From: a virus
DNA: 44,764 nucleotides
IMG/VR virus record: IMGVR_UViG_3300045988_107297
Direction: 5' to 3' (one strand)
The position numbers were made by a program, and so were the translations under genes. Below the pieces are notes generated by a model that worked only from the letters and a program-made list of their open reading frames with translations, did not search any database and was not told the DNA's origin. Each line of letters opens with the position of its first letter. Within the stretch, counting starts at the first letter, position 1. Shown one piece after another: positions 40,506-44,764 of the stretch.

Positions 40506-42413
40506 ATGTTCGAGAAGCTGAAACACGCTGCTGACGATGCCACAAAGCGGGGGAAATGGCAAAGTCGGCTGGATGACGCAAGGAAACAGTACGACCGCAC
40601 CATTATGGATACCCGCGAAGCGCTGTACCGTGGCGATAAAAACATTCGTGGCGCAAACGGCACAGACGCAGATAAAAAGGCAACCAACGTCCGCAACATC
40701 GTGTACGAGCTAATCGAAAGCCAGGTGGATTCCTCTATCCCCGCCCCCCGCGTAACGGCTATCCACGAAGAGGACAAAGAGCTTGCAAAAAAGATTGAAG
40801 CTCTGTTGCTGAACCTGAGCAAGCAGCTCAACCTGAAAGAGCTGAACGACCTGCAAGAACGAACCGTCCCCATTCAGGGCGGTGACTTCTTCCACGTTGA
40901 GTGGGACCCGCATGGCGGCTATCACTGTATGTTGGGCGACGTAACGCTGACGGAGCGCCACCCGAAGCAGGTTATTCCGCAGCCCGGCGTGTACGACATC
41001 GACAAGATGGAGTACATTTTCATTCTTGTAAGCCAGCCGAAACGCTACCTTGAACGGCGGTACGGCGTTGAAATCAAGGATGAAACAGAGGATGATGTGG
41101 CGGCCAGAGGGCAGAATCCGAGCTCTGTAAGTGGCATTGTTACTCAAAATATCGCGTATTATCGTAACGATGAAGGCGGCGTTGGCCTGTACAGCTGGTG
41201 CGGAGACGTAACTCTGGAAGATTTGGACAACTGCCAGAAACGGCGCGGTAAAGTGTGCGCGAAATGCGGCCGCCCGAAGTCCGGCGATGTGTGCGAGTGC
41301 GGCAGCAAAAAGTTTGTGGAAGGCCCACTGGATGTGCAAGAGCTGACCGAGGACATCACCATTTTTGGCGGTGAAACTGTTGCGGCAAGCACCCCGGGTA
41401 AAGACGAACTTGTGATGAACCCGGACGGAACCCCGCAGGTGGACGAGGAAGGCGTGGCTGTTACCATGCCCGGCCCGAACGTGCCCACGCAAATTCCGTA
41501 CTACGAGCCGAAAGAAATCCCCGTTGTTCTCCGCAGCAACGTGCGAATGTTCGGCCGCTTCTTGGGCGTGAGCGACGTTGATGTGATTGAAGATCAGCAA
41601 AACGCGATCAAGAAGTTTGGCACGAAGATTGAAGAGAAACTGCTCAAAGGCGGCAGCTATGTTACGCTTCCGCAAGGCGTTCAGGTTGAAACCAGCGACA
41701 AAGAGCTGAAAATCATGCGGCTGAAAAACCCGGCGGAAAAGGCGTTGATTTCTGTTATCAATGTTCAGCCCGACACAAGCCGCGAACAGCAAATGCTGGA
41801 AAGCAATTACAGCTGGGCAAAGAGTACGCTGGGCATTAACGATTCGTATCAGGGCAAGTACGATGCATCTGCAACCAGCGGCAGCGCAAAGCAGTTTGCT
41901 GCACAGCAGGCGGCTGGCCGTTTGCAGTCCAAACGCGAGATGAAGAATCAGGCGTATGGGCGGCTGTACAAGCTGCTCTTCAAGTATATGTTAGCCTATG
42001 CCGACCAGCCATACCCGATGACTTACACGGCAATCGGCGGAGAACAGACGTTCGCCCATTTCAACCGATGGGACTTTTTGAAGCGAGATGCCGCCGGGGA
42101 ACTGTACTGGGACGATGAGTTTATTTTCGGCGTTGACCCGTCTCCGAACATGGATGCAAACCGTGAACGGCTGTGGGATATGGCCGACGTGAAGTATCAA
42201 GCCGGTGCATTTGGCCCGATTAGCGAACTGACTACCAGCTACCGATTCTGGACTTATCTAGAAGATAATGGATTCCCTGGAGCTGGGAAGGTAAAAACCG
42301 AAATCAAACAGCAGATGGACGAGCAGCAGCAAATGCAACAGGCTGCACAGCAAGTAATACAGCCGGATATGATCATGACTGACAGTGACCATTTGGAGGG
42401 GGCAGACGTATGA
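40506..42413 (+). CDS. portal protein (with a zinc-ribbon insertion)
   Basis: ALYRGDKNIRG...NVRNIVYELIESQVDSSIP and VSDVDVIEDQQNAIKK parallel SPP1 gp6-type portals. The insertion reads CAKCGRPKSGDVCECG. Confidence 0.7.
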   Translation: MFEKLKHAADDATKRGKWQSRLDDARKQYDRTIMDTREALYRGDKNIRGANGTDADKKATNVRNIVYELIESQVDSSIPAPRVTAIHEEDKELAKKIEALLLNLSKQLNLKELNDLQERTVPIQGGDFFHVEWDPHGGYHCMLGDVTLTERHPKQVIPQPGVYDIDKMEYIFILVSQPKRYLERRYGVEIKDETEDDVAARGQNPSSVSGIVTQNIAYYRNDEGGVGLYSWCGDVTLEDLDNCQKRRGKVCAKCGRPKSGDVCECGSKKFVEGPLDVQELTEDITIFGGETVAASTPGKDELVMNPDGTPQVDEEGVAVTMPGPNVPTQIPYYEPKEIPVVLRSNVRMFGRFLGVSDVDVIEDQQNAIKKFGTKIEEKLLKGGSYVTLPQGVQVETSDKELKIMRLKNPAEKALISVINVQPDTSREQQMLESNYSWAKSTLGINDSYQGKYDASATSGSAKQFAAQQAAGRLQSKREMKNQAYGRLYKLLFKYMLAYADQPYPMTYTAIGGEQTFAHFNRWDFLKRDAAGELYWDDEFIFGVDPSPNMDANRERLWDMADVKYQAGAFGPISELTTSYRFWTYLEDNGFPGAGKVKTEIKQQMDEQQQMQQAAQQVIQPDMIMTDSDHLEGADV

Positions 42414-42991
42414 CGTGGGGAGAATGCAAAACCGCAACCTTGCAAAAGATGTTTACCTCGGAAGATGAGGGCGCAGAGGACTACCTCGCGGCAATGCCGC
42501 AAGCCGCCAATGAAGCGATCCAGATGATTGCGACAACGGATGCGGGTAAACACATCCGTTCGCACGATACGCTGACGAAAGATCCGGCACAATCCAGAAC
42601 GTTTGACCTTGAAGATGAACTCATTGACTTCCTCAATGTGGGAGACTTTGAAACATACTGTATGGACGGAGACGAACCACGGCCTGTGTCCTTGAAACTT
42701 CTGGGCGGGCATTTGCTGGTGGTTCCAAAAGGCATTGAATCTGTGCTGGTGTATTACAACGCAAAGCCTGCCAGAATCACAGAGAACACGCCGGACGCGC
42801 AAGAAATCGACCTGCCGGAAGATGCTGCGGCACTTGTGCCAATGTACATGGCAAGCCAGCTGTACAAGGACGATGATCTGGCGATTGCGACAACGTACCG
42901 CAACGAGTTTGAAACGGCGTTTGAGCGCCTGCAAAACCGGCAGGCGGAAAACATCGACACGGAATTTACAAGCGAAAGTGGGTGGTGGTAA
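42410..42991 (+). CDS. head-tail adaptor / connector-like protein
   Basis: ATGA-coupled to the portal gene. The sequence contains DYLAAMPQAANEAIQMI ... LPEDAAALVPMYMASQLYKDDD. Confidence 0.45.
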   Translation: MTWGECKTATLQKMFTSEDEGAEDYLAAMPQAANEAIQMIATTDAGKHIRSHDTLTKDPAQSRTFDLEDELIDFLNVGDFETYCMDGDEPRPVSLKLLGGHLLVVPKGIESVLVYYNAKPARITENTPDAQEIDLPEDAAALVPMYMASQLYKDDDLAIATTYRNEFETAFERLQNRQAENIDTEFTSESGWW

Positions 42992-44299
42992 GTGGCCTTC
43001 ACAAAAATCACAGATGAAGATTTGCAAAACAAAGGCGTTATTGGCCTGCCTGATACGCCCGGCCTCTCCACAAGCGAGATGCAGGCAAAGTTTGAGCAGA
43101 CGGCGCGGGAAGTTATCGTGCCGATGTTCAATAAGCTAGTGGACGAACTTTTAGGTCCTTCGGCGGCAAGTCAAATCGGCGCCAAAGGCAAAAACCGCAC
43201 AGTGCAAGGCCACATTGACAACCTGGAAAATCCGCACAATGTAACTGCGGAACAGGTTGGGGCGTATACAAAAGACCAGACAGAAAAAGCAATCAGCGAC
43301 CGCATTTCCCAGATTGGTAGTGCGGATATGACGCAAGCCACGTATGACCCGAACCACAGGCGACAGGACATCTTCGCCTATGCCGACTCTCGCGGCGTAA
43401 GCACTTACACGCACACCAAGATGGACAACGTGCACCACTTTAACGGCTCTGGCACAAGCGGCCGCGCCAAGATGACGGCTGACGTGGAAGCCGGGGACAC
43501 GGTGATGCTGGACGGAAAGGAAGTGCCCGCCTATGTGGGCGCGGAAACCTTTGCCGATGCGCTGGCCGGTGAATCCGTCACGGGCCGGTGGCTGACCTTT
43601 ACGCAGGACGGTACGCAGATAAATTTTAATGGTGGCGGGGGCCTGTCGAATACCAAGCTCGCCCTCGCCACTGCCGACACCGGAGACGTGATTTCTGGCA
43701 AAAAGTTTTATTCTGGCGACAAAACGCTTAAAACCGGTGAAATCCTGCCACGCAACACCGTCGGGCAAAACGGTACCGTAGGAATCAGCCAGTATTTTCC
43801 CGAGGTGGCCGTATCCAAGGCGAATAGCGACAACACGCAAACAAACAACAACCTTGATGGGGTTTCTCGCTTGTGCTTGCAGCCCCCTGCTGGATTTTAC
43901 GATGGGAACAGCTATGTGGGCGAGACTTTTTCCAAAGTGGCCAGCGCAATCGGCCTGACAGCGGGCAAGCTTTGCGCCGGGAACACGGTGCTGGGCGTAA
44001 ATGGGGCCGGTGTGACGAAAGCGGTTTGGAATGGATCTATTCCAAACGACACCTCGACGCATAGTCTGGCTACCACTCCCGCCGCTGGTACTCTGCTTTT
44101 CTTCTTCGCGGGCAACGCCGATCACGATATGCAAATCAAATCAATTACCATTGGCAGTAAGGTGGTGGCAACGCCAGGGCGAAACAACATGTACTTTGCT
44201 ACGTTCTCTGTGACTGCAAACCAAAACATTTATGTGCAATGGGATATCAACTTCGGCGGTGGTAAACCAAGCGGGAAGGGCGTAATTTGCTACGTGTGA
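42992..44299 (+). CDS. tail fibre / receptor-binding protein
   Basis: The N-terminus ITDEDLQNKGVIGLPDTPGLSTSEMQAKFEQTAREVIVPMFNKL is a conserved Firmicute phage fibre anchor. Its central module is paralogous to 884..1636. Confidence 0.7.
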   Translation: MAFTKITDEDLQNKGVIGLPDTPGLSTSEMQAKFEQTAREVIVPMFNKLVDELLGPSAASQIGAKGKNRTVQGHIDNLENPHNVTAEQVGAYTKDQTEKAISDRISQIGSADMTQATYDPNHRRQDIFAYADSRGVSTYTHTKMDNVHHFNGSGTSGRAKMTADVEAGDTVMLDGKEVPAYVGAETFADALAGESVTGRWLTFTQDGTQINFNGGGGLSNTKLALATADTGDVISGKKFYSGDKTLKTGEILPRNTVGQNGTVGISQYFPEVAVSKANSDNTQTNNNLDGVSRLCLQPPAGFYDGNSYVGETFSKVASAIGLTAGKLCAGNTVLGVNGAGVTKAVWNGSIPNDTSTHSLATTPAAGTLLFFFAGNADHDMQIKSITIGSKVVATPGRNNMYFATFSVTANQNIYVQWDINFGGGKPSGKGVICYV

Positions 44300-44326
44300 T
44301 TAAAAGCAATAGGAGGTGTGACAAAC

Positions 44327-44641
44327 ATGAGCACCGTAATCTCTAGCGGCACAACCGTAACGAATAGAATTACGTTGCCTGTGACGCAGAGCGAACTGGC
44401 AAGTTTGTATGTGACGTATGAGCAACGTAACAAGACCGTGGTGGAAAAAAGTTTGGAAGAGTGCCAAATGGTAGGCACGGATTTGCTGGTGCCTCTTGGG
44501 CAAGAGGACACCCTTGCTTTTAACCCGAAGGCAGGCAAAATCAGAATCCAAGTCCGATTGCGCAAAAAAGATGGCACAGCGCTCAAAAGTGATATTGTTG
44601 AGGCTGAGACCGATGAAGTGCTCAAGGACGGTGTGATTTAA
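44327..44641 (+). CDS. hypothetical tail-associated protein
   Basis: AGGAGG lies 10 nt upstream of ATG 44327. The stop overlaps the next start (TAATG). Confidence 0.5.
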   Translation: MSTVISSGTTVTNRITLPVTQSELASLYVTYEQRNKTVVEKSLEECQMVGTDLLVPLGQEDTLAFNPKAGKIRIQVRLRKKDGTALKSDIVEAETDEVLKDGVI

Positions 44642-44764
44642 TGCCGGGATGGAGCAGCACAGAGGCAACGTTCGCTGCCACCTTTGATGTTGTCGAAGAC
44701 GTGCGGTTTTCGGCTGACCTTAGTAGTACAGATGCAACATTCGATTTCTCTTTCAGTGGGGGAA
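44641..44764 (+). CDS. 5' portion of the gene continued at 2..295 (truncated by the window end)
   Basis: ATG 44641 is in frame through the terminal repeat. Confidence 0.6.
   Translation, partial: MPGWSSTEATFAATFDVVEDVRFSADLSSTDATFDFSFSGG
44646..44764. repeat. terminal direct repeat, copy 2
   Basis: Identical to 1..119. Confidence 0.95.

Noticed and set aside
288-44299. A diversity-generating retroelement acting on the paralogous tail-fibre modules
   Set aside because: No reverse transcriptase gene is present in the window. The differences between the two copies are not adenine-specific; they look like ordinary divergence.

Overview
The window is a complete, circularly closed temperate phage genome. 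Bases 1-119 are identical to 44646-44764, so the unique length is about 44,645 bp. No tape-measure, tail-tube or sheath gene is recognisable, so the virion looks podovirus-like. All product calls rest on motif-level reading of the ORF translations; no database search was possible.

Gene order on the + strand unless noted:
- tail-fibre paralogues (wrapping the contig junction)
- lysis cassette: GH25 endolysin and holins
- a small moron cassette
- a 254-aa protein and a 2258-aa giant protein
- a 41-aa NrdD-type glycyl-radical mini-ORF
- attP, carrying the 3' part of tRNA-Lys(UUU)
- minus-strand lysogeny module: tyrosine integrase, two XRE proteins, a membrane protein
- CI/Cro-type switch and Bro antirepressor
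- a 600-bp repeat-rich non-coding region
- early, recombination and replication genes: Gp157, Rad52-like annealing protein, NinB, SSB, replisome organiser, DnaB, RusA
- DNA-modification and anti-restriction genes
- a sigma-like late regulator
- a 4.3-kb reverse-oriented accessory island
- terS, two tRNAs (Thr-UGU, Gln-UUG), terL
- scaffold, major capsid, portal and tail fibre

The most interesting signals:
1. A solitary type I-C-like CRISPR repeat sits inside an acr/aca-like operon in the reverse island. It is a candidate RNA anti-CRISPR.
2. Two 75-nt paralogous elements in that island keep their hairpins through compensatory base changes.
3. A lone Cas7/Csm3-like RAMP protein lies directly downstream of the 600-bp purine-rich repeat region.
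4. A stand-alone NrdD glycyl-radical spare-part ORF lies next to attP.
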